Of a stretch of DNA of 64,000 bases, positions 21,801 through 34,483 are shown piece after piece (within the stretch, counting starts at the first letter, position 1; each line of letters opens with the position of its first letter). The stretch lies in the NCBI GenBank assembly GCA_964016885.1, contig CAXHJY010000991.1, forward strand, positions 1-64,000, given 5' to 3'. Source of the DNA: Eledone cirrhosa (taxonomy: Eukaryota). Made by a program: the position numbers and the translations under genes. Below the pieces are notes generated by a model. That model was not told the origin of the DNA, did no database searches, and saw nothing but the letters and a program-made list of their open reading frames with translations.

Positions 21801-24062
21801 TCCACGACAATCCAGTTAGAGATCGTTAACTCCTTTGAAAATGACCTAGTTAAACTAGTTAAGAACATTAAATACAATAAGCACCATATTAGAAGCAACA
21901 CCTTCTTAAACAAACTTAACACTTCTATTAGTGGATTCAAAACTAGTAATAAAATTATTGTACACGCAGATAAAACTAATAACATATACAGCCTAGATTA
22001 TATTACTTATAGAAAGTTTATATATAATGAACTACATAAAAGCTACAAAAAAACCACCTTGAAAAACTTAGAAGATATTAATGTAGAGGGTTATAATATA
22101 GTGTCTAAACTAGGACTACAGAGGCATACACAACCTTTCACTCCGAACCCCCCTAGATTCTCTCTGAAGGACCATAAGGAGAACTTCATCAGCAACCCCA
22201 CGATAAGACTTATCTGCCCTTCCAAGTCCGACATTGGTATTATCAGCAAGAAGATTTTGGATAAAATCATCCCACAAATTAAACACAAGATACACCTTAA
22301 ACAATGGGGAAATACGGGTGAAGTAATTGAATGGTTTAAGGATATCAAGAATAATAAGAACAAAAAATGTATTCAATTTGATATCAATTCATACTACACC
22401 TCTATTTCCCCTATCCTATTAAATAAGGCACTTATCATGGCCATGACCAATAGCGACCTGACTAGAGCCCAGGTTGATGTCATCCTTGCGGCCCGTAAAA
22501 CCATAATCACCTTCGAGGACCAACTATGGACACGCAAGGATACGCACAACAACTTCGACATAACCATGGGATCTAGTGACTCGGCGCAGGTCACTGATTT
22601 GGTCGGCCTATACCTCCTCAATGAAATCCATAAAGACCTCCCTTACCTCAACGGTGGTTTGTACCGCGATGATGCACTTCTACTCATAGAATATAAAAAA
22701 TTTAATATAGAAAGAACTAGAAAACAACTGCATAAGACATTCAAAAACTTTAACCTTAGTATCACCATGGACAAAAACACTAAAAATGTTAACTTCCTAG
22801 ACGCCACACTATACCTAGACTCAAAAATATATACACCTTTCCATAAGCCTAATGAGAAACTTATTTACGTAGATACCAAGTCTAATCACCCTAGATCAAT
22901 ATTAAACTCTATCTCTAAGGGGGTGTCCAATAGAATCTCTAGTCTGTCCTATGACGCAAACATATTTAGCAAAAACTCACAATATTACAATCAAGCATTA
23001 GCTAGCTCCGGCCATAATATAGAAATTGAGTTCCTACCTAAGAAAACACATAGCTACAACATCATCTCGCACAACATGTCCATGAGGAAATCTAATAATA
23101 GGAATAGCAACCACAAGTACACCAAAGCGGAGGGTGCCACCGGAAGTAACCATTACCATGGAAACTACTGTGAGGCCTTAGGAGGAAGCAACACACCAAA
23201 CACTAAAAGCAAAAATAGAAGAAGAAATAATACATTTTTCAACCCTCCTTTCAACCTAAATATCTCCACCAACATACCTAGGGCTTTCTTCTCACTACTA
23301 GATAAAAACTTCCCTCTAGGACACAAGTACCACAACCTCTTAAACAAAAACACCATTAAAATCTCATACTCTACGACGCCTAACTTAGCATACCACATAG
23401 CTAGCAGCAATAATAGTAAAATTAGTTCTTACTTCCAACAAACAAAATCACAACGGGATGCAAACCCTCTAAATACCACTGTAGCAAGCAACAATAGCAA
23501 CGGCAGTAACAATAGAAATAACACTAGTATAAGTAATAACACCAGGGTTGTCAACCCGAACACCCAAAATCCTATATCCACCACACAGACTTCCGCATTG
23601 CATTATAACCAGCGGACTAACGCACAGAATAATTGTAACTGTAGAGCTAATAGAACCTGCCCTTTAGATAAAAAATGCCTAACCAAGGATGTCATATACT
23701 CATGCACAGTCACGACTAATAATTCTTCAGAAACCTATGTAGGCTCCACTTCTAACTGCTTCAAAATCAGATATAACTCGCACATCCACTCGTTCAAAAA
23801 GCACAGCCTAGCCAACTCCACCTCACTTTCTAGCTACATACACTATCTAAAATCTAAAAATAAACCATACACACTCAAATGGGAAGTGATAGGCAGCGCG
23901 ACCTCGTACAAACCACCTAATAAATTCTGTAACCTCTGTATACTAGAGACACACAATATTATCTTCTCCAACCGTAACCTACTTAACAAAAAATCTGAGG
24001 TGTTTGCAACTTGCCAGCACCGCCTCAGACATTCCTTCCAAAACTTTAAGCCCTATATATAG
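21801..24062 (+). CDS. PLE reverse transcriptase + GIY-YIG endonuclease (open stop-to-stop frame, 5'-truncated)
   Basis: ADKTNN (DKG-like) upstream of the called 22059 start. QFDINSYYTSI, TMGSSDS, LYRDD, VNFLD, HPRSILNSI, CNCR..CPL...C, VIY...YVGST, FKIRY..H, C..C..E, C.H. Confidence 0.9.
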   Translation, partial: STTIQLEIVNSFENDLVKLVKNIKYNKHHIRSNTFLNKLNTSISGFKTSNKIIVHADKTNNIYSLDYITYRKFIYNELHKSYKKTTLKNLEDINVEGYNIVSKLGLQRHTQPFTPNPPRFSLKDHKENFISNPTIRLICPSKSDIGIISKKILDKIIPQIKHKIHLKQWGNTGEVIEWFKDIKNNKNKKCIQFDINSYYTSISPILLNKALIMAMTNSDLTRAQVDVILAARKTIITFEDQLWTRKDTHNNFDITMGSSDSAQVTDLVGLYLLNEIHKDLPYLNGGLYRDDALLLIEYKKFNIERTRKQLHKTFKNFNLSITMDKNTKNVNFLDATLYLDSKIYTPFHKPNEKLIYVDTKSNHPRSILNSISKGVSNRISSLSYDANIFSKNSQYYNQALASSGHNIEIEFLPKKTHSYNIISHNMSMRKSNNRNSNHKYTKAEGATGSNHYHGNYCEALGGSNTPNTKSKNRRRNNTFFNPPFNLNISTNIPRAFFSLLDKNFPLGHKYHNLLNKNTIKISYSTTPNLAYHIASSNNSKISSYFQQTKSQRDANPLNTTVASNNSNGSNNRNNTSISNNTRVVNPNTQNPISTTQTSALHYNQRTNAQNNCNCRANRTCPLDKKCLTKDVIYSCTVTTNNSSETYVGSTSNCFKIRYNSHIHSFKKHSLANSTSLSSYIHYLKSKNKPYTLKWEVIGSATSYKPPNKFCNLCILETHNIIFSNRNLLNKKSEVFATCQHRLRHSFQNFKPYI

Positions 24063-25505
24063 CAATGTCGGACTGGAACCTAACACCACATCTAGCATCA
24101 AACACCAGAGACACACTCTATACTACATACCCAACACTAGCTGATCCATTATAACACAAACAACGACATCCCTCTGGAACCCTTCGCAGGGAAAATACCC
24201 ATTTATACCTCTACGGCAGGTGTGACAACATCCACCCACTTGGACGGCACTACACCGCTCTAGGGGTAATTTGAGCATGAATTGATCGGTTGGATGGTGT
24301 TGGGCAGAGGAAACACCTTCCTTAGACAGATGTAAAATGATTTAATCGAGTAGCGCTGTTGACCAGTAGGACCGGGCTGCTGAGCGCAGTGAGTGAATGC
24401 AATGCAACTGCCGTGCGGGTTGTACGTATATGGATGATCTGACGGTCAGAGAGGGGTCGCGAGGACTGCGGATTGACCTTTGGCCTGCCTGGGGACGATT
24501 ATCTTTCGACATCCAATGTAGCAAGCGATGACCCAGATCTTACCAGAGATCATTGGGTCCTGAAGCAATCCTGCAATCACCGCGCCTGGTCATATGAGCA
24601 GACTACAACCACAGTGATCATTAATTTAGAATCCTCGCTCATCATCTATAATTTCCATTTGTAGCACCTTAAGATGGGTTAATCCACCTTAATAATAATA
24701 TGATCACCTTCAGCATAATTTAGTTAAACTACTCTATAGTTAGTACACTTTATGCTTTAAAAGTCTCTCTTGGAAGGTGCACCTCACCATAGAATTTAGG
24801 GTCTATATTGGGACACATTTTAATGGCTAGATATAGAAACCCCAGAGTTACCTCCCCGCATGCATTAACTCCCCTTAGCCACACACACACTTCCGGTATT
24901 CAATGGCGTTTCTCGAAACGTAACAACCTCCTGTATCGAACTAAAGAACACCAGACTACGATCTCTAACTGGATTGTCGTGGATTATGTGAAAGGCATAT
25001 AATCGAAATATACACTCCCTTGACCATGAAAATGCCGAAGTACATGAATTACTTGACATCCCTGCGCTGTGCATCTCCAATACTTATAACACTTTTAATG
25101 CTTGCACTATCTTTAATGCTTATAATATTTCTCCACACACAGACTATATCAATCATATAAAGACTTTGCCACCAGATCTACCAACCTAACACTCTTATTT
25201 ACCTACCTAAGTGCCTCTACCACACATATCTCTCTGCCACACTATATAAACAAGACGCACATGCGTGCCACACATATAACATTTGCACTATATAACCACT
25301 TATCTTCATGTTGTACTTTAACCTATATCTTTGATTTTTGATTGTACCTATTAATATAAATGTAATCTCGAAGTGTGTACTGCCACTCTAAATTCTGTAA
25401 TGAATGTTGACCCACAATGTTTGAATATGTATCAATGTTTGAATATGTGTTGGTATGTCTCTCGGCTGAAAAGGAGGTCATATAACTGTCCATGCATTAA
25501 TAAAT

Positions 25506-25552
25506 TGCTCCGAAGAATCCAAACCTCGGTTTGGAGGAAACAGCTGTAGGCA
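25506..25552 (+). ncRNA. Hammerhead (C4 core variant) in the 3' repeat of family B
   Basis: tgct-CCGAAGA-a-tccaaacc(tc)ggtttgga-g-GAAA-cagctg-TA-ggca. Confidence 0.65.
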
Positions 25553-25595
25553 CAATAATGTTTTGAACAGTTCTTTGATTCTTATATTTCATATA

Positions 25596-25602
25596 TTTCA
25601 TG

Positions 25603-25647
<45 letters not shown>

Positions 25648-25726
25648 GTATATATATATATATGTATATATATATATGTATATAAATATATATGTATATA
25701 TATATATATCTCTATATATATATATG

Positions 25727-25757
<31 letters not shown>

Positions 25758-25779
25758 GCATATGTATATATATGCATAT

Positions 25780-25819
<40 letters not shown>

Positions 25820-26262
25820 GTATATATATATATATGTATATATATATATGTATATATATATATGTATATGTATATATGTATATATATATATATGTATATA
25901 TATATGTGTATACATATATGTGTATATATATATATATGTATATATATATGTGTCTATATATATGTGTATATATATATGTGTATATATATATGTGTATATA
26001 TATATGTGTATATGTATATGTGTATATGTATATGTACATATATATGTATATATATATATGTATATATATGTATATATATATATGTATACATATATATATA
26101 TATTTATGTATATATATATATTTATGTATATATATATATATATGTATACATATATATATATATTTATGTATATATGTATATATATATATGTATACATATA
26201 TATATATATTTATGTATATATGTATATATATATATATGTATACATATATATATATATTTATG

Positions 26263-26293
<31 letters not shown>

Positions 26294-26310
26294 GTATATA
26301 TGTATGTATG
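25596..26310. repeat. (TA)n/TATG microsatellite
   Basis: Directly visible. Confidence 0.95.
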
Positions 26311-26340
26311 TTGCATATGCAGATTCTTGTGTATTCATAC

Positions 26341-26374
<34 letters not shown>

Positions 26375-26667
26375 GTGTATGAACACGCAAGAATCTGCAT
26401 ATGCAATGCATATATGTTTTTTACACAGTCTTTTTATCATGTAATGGCATGGCACATTGACTCGCTGTACCAACATATTTTCATTTTCAATAAGACTTTT
26501 CAATATCTCTAATTAGCAAATAATATATATATCTGTTGGTGGGTAGAGGAGAACAAACTATATATTTATCTCTGTGGGTGATCGTTTCACAGCAGAGAAA
26601 GTGAGAGATATAGATTAAGATAGTGAGTGAAAGCAAACATATATACATACAGAAGTGCATATATAAT

Positions 26668-26721
<54 letters not shown>

Positions 26722-26727
<6 letters not shown>

Positions 26728-26941
26728 TTATATGAATCAAAGAACTGTTCAAAACATTTTTATGCTTACAACTTTTTCCTCCAAACCGAGGTTTGGATTC
26801 TTCGGAGCAATTTATTATTGAATGAACACTTATATGACCTCCTTTTCACCCAAGAGACATACAGATACATAGGGTTTATATAAAAATATATATAACTGCA
26901 AATGGTTTTTGTATTTACATAACCATAAATAGTATAATTAA

Positions 26942-26946
<5 letters not shown>
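26722..26946. mobile_element. Diverged mini-copy of the family B terminal repeat, internally inverted, with an HHR at 26763-26809 (-)
   Basis: 26730-26868 matches 21200-21330. 26893-26946 matches the reverse complement of 21088-21140. Confidence 0.75.
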
Positions 26947-26989
<43 letters not shown>

Positions 26990-27037
26990 ATGAAATGACA
27001 GGAGGCTGGATTTGTGTAAATCCTTGAAAGGTTTATT

Positions 27038-27095
27038 ATACTATGATCATTTCAATGACCGGGTTCCGTATGAATCCGGTGATATCATCAGGTAT
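27038..27095 (-). ncRNA. Type I hammerhead ribozyme in a ~345-bp island between TA runs
   Basis: atac-CTGATGA-tatc-accggattc(atacg)gaacccggt-catt-GAAA-tgatca-TA-gtat. Confidence 0.8.
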
Positions 27096-27328
27096 TCGAA
27101 ATATAATACGTGAATTTAATAGATAAAATCCATGGGGCTGAAAATCGAGGACCCGAGGGCGACCGCTATCCTACTCCTTCAACCTCAACCGATCGTCCTC
27201 CGTAATAGCACCACCAACTACAAAAACAAAGACGGTTGAACTGCTTTACCTTGAGTACTCTCTATATTATTGCATTACGATTGACCATACGGAATAGACC
27301 AGCTCTATCAAGTGGTGAACCTCAAACC

Positions 27329-27406
<78 letters not shown>

Positions 27407-28284
27407 TCGAAACACGCATGTTTATATATATTATATTTTGCATATAATATTAGATGTCCCGACGGTAAGAGCTCAGTCCTCGTGTCGCGATTCTTTCTGA
27501 TATAGATATATAGAAAGTGTATTAAGTGACATATACAAAGAAATAACATATCACTCAATACATCCTACTGAGTAAATATTTATACTTTCATGGCTGTTAA
27601 ATGAGGCATATATTTATTCGCTGCTGATCTAGGTTCCCATTTAATGCGCGATATTACGTTCAGGAAATCGAAACCCATTGCTGCTACGTTTGCTATAAGT
27701 TCATGCTGCTGAGAAAAACAGCCACTCTAGTTATCTGATCGAAAAGAGTATTGAAGGACTATATCGAGTGTACTCAATGTTATATTTGGGCAGTAATATC
27801 TACGATGGAGCAGCGCTTAGATTATATAGTGAGGAGTGGCGCAACCATTAATACAACCAGAAAAATTCCCAGAACATTATTAGAAATAGTTTTCTAGGAA
27901 ATGATACTCCAATTTATTTAAAATCACACGCATACGGAAATACAAGCGCTGAAAATTAGGACATTAGAAATCGCATCAAGTAGCTTCAAATATTCATCTC
28001 AGGTAAAAAAATATTAAATTAATGCTCACCTTGGTAGAGATTCCTCCCGTAGATTAAACTCCACTTTGCATTAAATTTAGCATTAGAGTTCCACGTGAAT
28101 TGATTTTCCAAACGTGGTTCTAGCTTATTAAGCGGTAAATAAGCAATTCACTTTCGATGAACTTAGACCAAAATCTAACTAATTACGGTTCTTTGAAAAA
28201 TAAGTAATGTATGTTCGTGTATAAGAAATACATTGTACTGATCAAGGAAAGCATTAACTGTTAAAATATCTATCCCTTCATATA

Positions 28285-28323
28285 TCTCTCTCTCTCTTTC
28301 TCTCTATTTCACTCTCTCTCTCT

Positions 28324-28416
<93 letters not shown>
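28285..28416. repeat. (CT)n/(CA)n microsatellite
   Basis: Directly visible. Confidence 0.95.
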
Positions 28417-28418
<2 letters not shown>

Positions 28419-29397
28419 TCTATCCATTTTTCTCACATATGTATATGCCTGTGCTTGTATTGTTTGATTGTGGTTAGAACTTTGTGTGTTTGTAAATGCA
28501 TATGTTTGTGTGCATGTGTGTATACATACGTACATGCATAAGTGTATGTTTGTATCAATGTGTGTCTGAGTGTGTGAGTATATATACAATGATGAAATGC
28601 ATTTGTGATAATATTTATAAACGTGTTACATTGTAATTATGAACAATGTTAGCCATTGGTTGGGATGGTTCTGACAGTTACTTCTCTTTAAGTCTTTTAT
28701 ATGCAGATACACTTGTAAATACCTTTCACGTTGAATTTGGTTCATTTCTGTAATTGCCGCCAAAATGACATATGATTCTGTTGAATATCATGTTTCTATG
28801 CTCGTGGTCTGAATTGTCTGTGTAGACCACGTGTATTCTGTGGAAAGATATATGGCAGCAATATGTCATGTATATTATTGAAATCAATTTGTTTAATGGA
28901 GTCATTATATCTATCTAAATTCAACTACGAGCCTCCTGTGTACCAGAGATTTGAAAACCTAGGTGAAGGGTAACCTGACTTGCATTTCAAATGAATGTAC
29001 TTTTATTTGGCGCTGTGTTCTCATTGTTCTCTACCTATCACGTGTGCATTATATATGTACACACCAAGTTTAAATCTATGTTAGAAAACAAATATAATAG
29101 CCTGACGTCTTATCACAGACAGCTTAAATTTATCAAGAAATGTTATTTATTATGCCCGCGCACATCGCTTTCTTAAAGGCATGATTTTGTTTGTAATTTA
29201 TAAAAGAAATGTGACATTCTTGGTCTTCAAGATCTTGACGTATCTATATATTTTAACGTTTGGAATTCACTTATCATTCTTTAACATTTAGAATTCGCCT
29301 ATCTTTCTAGTACAGATGATGGTTCTCAAAAGCTAAGGCAATATTGTGTAAGAAAACTGAACAGAATCAAGATAAATATTCACCCTTCTGAGTCTAG

Positions 29398-29680
29398 TGA
29401 AGCCGCATGGCTTAGTTATAAGTTTGTTGGCCTTAGGATCATAATATAGTGGGTTCGATTCCTGGGCTGTGTTATATGATGTGTTCTTGAGCAAAACACT
29501 TCACTTCAAGTTGCTCTAGTATACTCAGCTGAATATGAGTACCAGCAAGAGCTGGAGGTTTAATATGGCGATGAACTGGCGTCATAACCAGGGTTGGGGT
29601 TTGTTTTACATTCAGTCACTTCACGGAAACAAAACCGCGATAAGTACCACCCAATCTATCCTCCTGGCTTGGGACAGACT
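29398..29680 (+). mobile_element. tRNA-derived SINE (diverged)
   Basis: A-box-like tggcttagt, B-box ggttcgattcc (29452-29462), then a tgtgttcttgagcaaaacactt...ctcagctg..tgagtacc body typical of conserved-domain SINEs. Confidence 0.7.
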
Positions 29681-30344
29681 ATTTTAGATTTGCGAGATTG
29701 GTGTATTGATAAGCAATAATACGATGATAATGAGGAATTATCGTCTCCAATGTAACTATCACACCAGTAGACAAAGAGACAAAGTAGTATGACGTATAAT
29801 AATCTTAGAGTTAGGTATGCTTCAGATTCTATGTCAGACTTAATATATTTCTCTTATGATGCTCATTTGCTCTAACCGATGTCCAGATAATTATTTCATC
29901 TCTGAAAAACAACACTGAATATATATATCATGCATTATGATTTGCTTAGAAACCTATTTATTTGCTCTAATTGTTTTCATATCAAGTATGTTGTGGTTGT
30001 TTATGGGATACGGATTTCATGAATTTCTTGATGAGACTGTCTAAATATATGGATCGATTTAATTATAGATTCGCTCTGAAAGGTATGTTGCCAATTTAAA
30101 TGGAATCCACTAGGTTGGAGATCAGCCAAAATTACATACGTTCAAGTATACACACATATACACATAGACACACATACACAGACAGACACACACACACATA
30201 CACACAAGCATACATATAAACACACATTGACACACACACACACACACAAATGTATATATGTGTGCGTGTGTGTATGTGTACGTATCTTAGATTGGAAGTG
30301 TTTCCGTGTGTATCCATGTATATATATATATATATATATATATA

Positions 30345-30900
30345 ATGAATGGCATAACAACAACACCCAAACAAACAACACTGACCTAAGAGAAGTATAA
30401 ATAAATAAATAGATAAATAAATAAATACATACACAAGCACAATAACAACAAACACATATAAACAGACACTAGTAAAGATAGAATATATTAATCAATACAC
30501 AGCCACCCAATCAGGAACACACATCAAACAAAACACTATACACACACGCAAACGCATGCGCAAAGAAGACAAAAAAAAACAAATAAATAAATATATAAAC
30601 AGACTAAATAAAGATGGCGTAGAAAATACAATGCAACGGGAGGAAAGAATAGCACCACTGACGATGTTGCAGATGTGCAACGAAAGAACTTTGATAAACT
30701 ATATATATGTGTTTGTGTCTATATTGTATCTGTATTTTTGACCGTTGGTCAGTCAATGGCAACATTGAAGACCGAATAATTTAAATTCACCGATATAAAA
30801 GACACAGAAGCGAAAAGCGAAAACCAACCAAGCAGTGAGTGTGTTCTGTTATTAATTCTGGCAATATTACACAAATATGACACTCCCCAAGTATAACAAT
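30345..30900 (+). mobile_element. Diverged solo terminal repeat related to PLE family A, with HHR at 30654-30695
   Basis: Shares gcatgcgca, atggcgtag, the HHR and the terminal atgac.ctccc.aagtataacaat|(AT)n with family A. Confidence 0.7.
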
Positions 30901-31279
30901 ATATATATTTATATATATATATATATATATATATACATAAGTCTATCCAACTCTAGTGTCTGATACAAGAATAAGATAGAATATATATAGAAATGTAATA
31001 AACGTACTTAAATCTCGATACGTGAGTTTTAAGTTGTGATACCTGTTACAAAATTCTATTACGCAATACGCTCTCTTAATTTCACTCCTATTTAACGCAC
31101 GTGTATATATGTACACACACAGCCACACATAAACGCACACATTCAAACACAGATGCACCCTCTCATAAAGACAAACATATATATATATATACGTGTTTAA
31201 ACATATATGTGTGTTCTCATGTAAGTTCATATTGTGTGTGTGTGTATGTATGTGTGTGTGTCTGTGTGTGTATGTGTGC

Positions 31280-31323
<44 letters not shown>

Positions 31324-33399
31324 ACATGAGCGTTTATGTGTGAATATATATATATATATATGTTTGTACGTATTTATGTATATTGATATTGTACACATAC
31401 ACACGTTTCTATTGTATTGTGTAATAGTGTACGTTGCATGCTGCTAATATATAGCGCCGTGCTAACCTCAGTGCTTTTTAAATCCAATGATTGCGTGACT
31501 GTGTCTATACTTCCTTATTCCTATGCACACCTTTCTATAAATATGTGACTATGTGCATAACTTCAGATACGTGCGTGTTGCTTTGCATGTGGTAACGTCA
31601 GATATGAACGCTGAAGGCAAAGAGGTAGATTATATAAGCCGATCAAAAGACCAGTAACAAATATAATCGATAGAATGAAGATTAGGTTAGCAGAAAAAGG
31701 GTAAACATATTAATAAAGGGATCAGCTTATGTATATATAGAAACGTAAATCTCTTCTAATTAATAGCAGATTTGGAGAAATGTATCTCGCAAATGAGAAA
31801 AATCACGTAAAGAATTGTAGAACGTGGGTGGTTTAAAAAGCCAAGGTAATCAATACAAGAAATATTGTCATCACCAGTGATCTACGACTCGCTTGGCGTC
31901 TTACTGATGCAAGATAAGTGCGTATTAAAGAAAGATATATTTTAACGTGGCAATAACTTTCTATTATATAATTTTGACTGTCAATCTTAACAATATTAAA
32001 GCGAGTAATATTATTGATGTTTTACTAGCATTGCTGTATTTTATCCACATATACAACAATTAGACTTCTATGTTTTTTAAATTTGCACAGATCGATTGAA
32101 CTAATACATACAATAACTTTAAAGGTTAGAACGTTTTATTGTTGATTTGCTAAGTGTAGATTTATATATTATACCGTCTAGGCATTTGGTTTTATTGAAT
32201 AAAATCTGATTGTGAAGACTATGTGCTATTGTGTCTCAATACACTGCTTTCAACTGTAGACTATTTTAAAATTATTTAATTACTGATATCAAACTTATTG
32301 CTACTTAATCATGTCGCCATTTATTCGTTCTCCTTCGTCAGTCGTTAATACATAACATGTAATCTATTTGCTATAGTCACAAGAATATTAGCTTCGTATA
32401 TTATTTTACAACACTATACGACTACAGTTAATACAGTAGAAATCATCACAAGATTATACACATTACCTTGTTATTTTTTCTAGTAATATAATTAGCAACA
32501 TAATAAAGTGACTTACAGACGGTCAAATTTCCTCGGTATGCAATGAAATTTATTTCTATAACTTGGTTTCATCCCTAATATAACTCTATTGTCTATACTA
32601 TTTAGTAAATAGCCCACCAATTACTATTAGTTTGAAGACTATACAAGTATAAAGAAAACGAGACAACAAACTATCAGCCAGGCTCAAATTGAAAATGTTC
32701 AGTCTTATTTTATACTTAAACTGATGTACTCATTCATATGCTATCAGTGAATCAAAGCAACACCAGCACCTTAAACAAACTAGAAAGACACCTACACAAT
32801 CGAGTCAATGGAACATTTTAAAGTAGCAGCTACAACTTTTTATCCAAATCATTACATCGTCATTTTAAATCAAGAGGTCATCAGATATTTTAGTTCTCGA
32901 TATATGATTTGATGATATACTCACAACTTGCTGAAAGGCCTTTCATCAGAGCTAATCCGAACTAAACTAGACAAAGAGAAACACATAACACAACATATTC
33001 TATATAAAATCAAGTACAATGCGCCCAGCGTGGGAATAAATAAAATGTTCCTAATGCAGCAAAGCTAAGTCAGTGTGCCTGTAAGACAGCATCCAAATTA
33101 AAAACAAAAACGCAAAACAAAAAATATAATGGTGAATGAGATTTAACAACAGTCTGAGAAAAGATCTCTTGTGATGGGATAAAAATCGTGAATGTTTCAT
33201 AAATAAAAAAAAACAACGATACGTAGAATATATTAGAAAAACGCTAAAACACAAAATAATGTAGTTCCCACAGTAAAAGACGCCGAGCAGATTATAGTAA
33301 ATCAGTGTAAGAATACAACTATGAAATGATCAGATAGTTAGGCTTATAAAACCATTAACCTCACGGTTAACCATTTTCATAATCCCTTAATCAAGAAAT

Positions 33400-33930
33400 A
33401 TATGTCACACGCGTCAGCTGTATATACAGAAAAGGTAACATACAAACATGTGAATGAAAATTGTTTTTTGAGGAATGAGCTGTGCAAAGTTTTACAACGC
33501 CTCTACTTGGAACGACTACCTGATCGAGCTAGGCACCCTGTCGAAAAACGTTATTCCAAAGAAACCCTATTTCTGCCGCGTCTATTCGCAACTGTATTCT
33601 GTCTGGCTCTCCCTAAGATTATATGACCATACGCAAGGGTAGGCACGAACACCGAATTGAACATAGTTAGTTTAGCATTTATATCTACCTAACTTCTAAT
33701 GACCAATTGCTGAACCTGGGTCATTACTGCACAGCTCCGGTAATTCTTGCATATAATACTGTATCTATCCTTCCATCACTGGTAAACACGTCCCCAAGAT
33801 ATTGAACGTCTCTATTTACTTCAGTGTAACACCACTTACCCTTAGAGGGCACAGCGCAGGCTTTCTTGAGAGGACGATTATTCCAGACTTCGCAGCACTG
33901 ATTTTCATTCCTACCGGGAATCACTGAGCA
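33400..33930 (-). pseudogene. RTE-clade LINE RT C-terminal fragment
   Basis: QYLGDVFTSDGRID..ARI..A and AKLTMFNSVFVPTLAYGH. Confidence 0.7.
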
Positions 33931-34442
33931 GCTAAATTATTTTGTGCATGTCGGAAGGTGATATTTGAATAGGTCAAAATACAATGACACAAATATACAA
34001 GTACACAATTATATAGAGATACAATTACAACAAAGTTTTCTTAGTTTCACGCTCGTTGGAAAAGGAAAAAGAATGTCTCATATATCGGACGCCAGTCTTT
34101 CACCAGAAAGAGTAAAGATAGAAGGATAAGGTTGGAAGTTTGAAGAAGAGAAAAATAAAGAAGTTATTATCGAGAATAATTAGTCCGGTATGCGAAGTGG
34201 TGCGAAGATGCCATTGTCAGGATCTATCATTTGCAGTGATAGATGTGTGAAGATGGTGTGCATTTTCTGGATGTGCCATGTATGTTATTGACAGTCTGTA
34301 TGTGTGTGAGGATGTTTGAGTATGTGTAGCATAAAGAGGGGTATCCAAAACAGAGTAATCCCTGCAGGAGTACGAATATGCGAAAGAATAACAATACCTT
34401 GCGAAAATAATGTTTTCGCTGTGGTATTCATTGGTTTAGAAC

Positions 34443-34483
<41 letters not shown>

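Larger units (their letters stand above)
21088..25595 (+). mobile_element. Penelope-like element family B (Naiad-like) with 638-bp inverted terminal repeats (21189-21826 / 24958-25595), inserted in (TA)n
   Basis: RT+GIY-YIG ORF, near-perfect inverted repeat carrying an HHR, TA flanks on both sides. Confidence 0.92.

Noticed and set aside
24974-25020. Hairpin gattatgtg/catataatc followed by GAAA in the family B repeat
   Set aside because: The upstream core (ttgtcgtg) does not fit CUGANGA or a compensatory variant.
32870-32955. Two CTGATGA motifs on the minus strand
   Set aside because: No stem II-GAAA-stem III arrangement follows either motif.
27420-33380. Host gene exons in the less repetitive region
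   Set aside because: No recognisable protein motif or convincing exon structure. Small exons cannot be excluded without RNA data.
34080-34420. Possible LINE C-terminal Cys/His remnant on the minus strand
   Set aside because: Too decayed to support a call.
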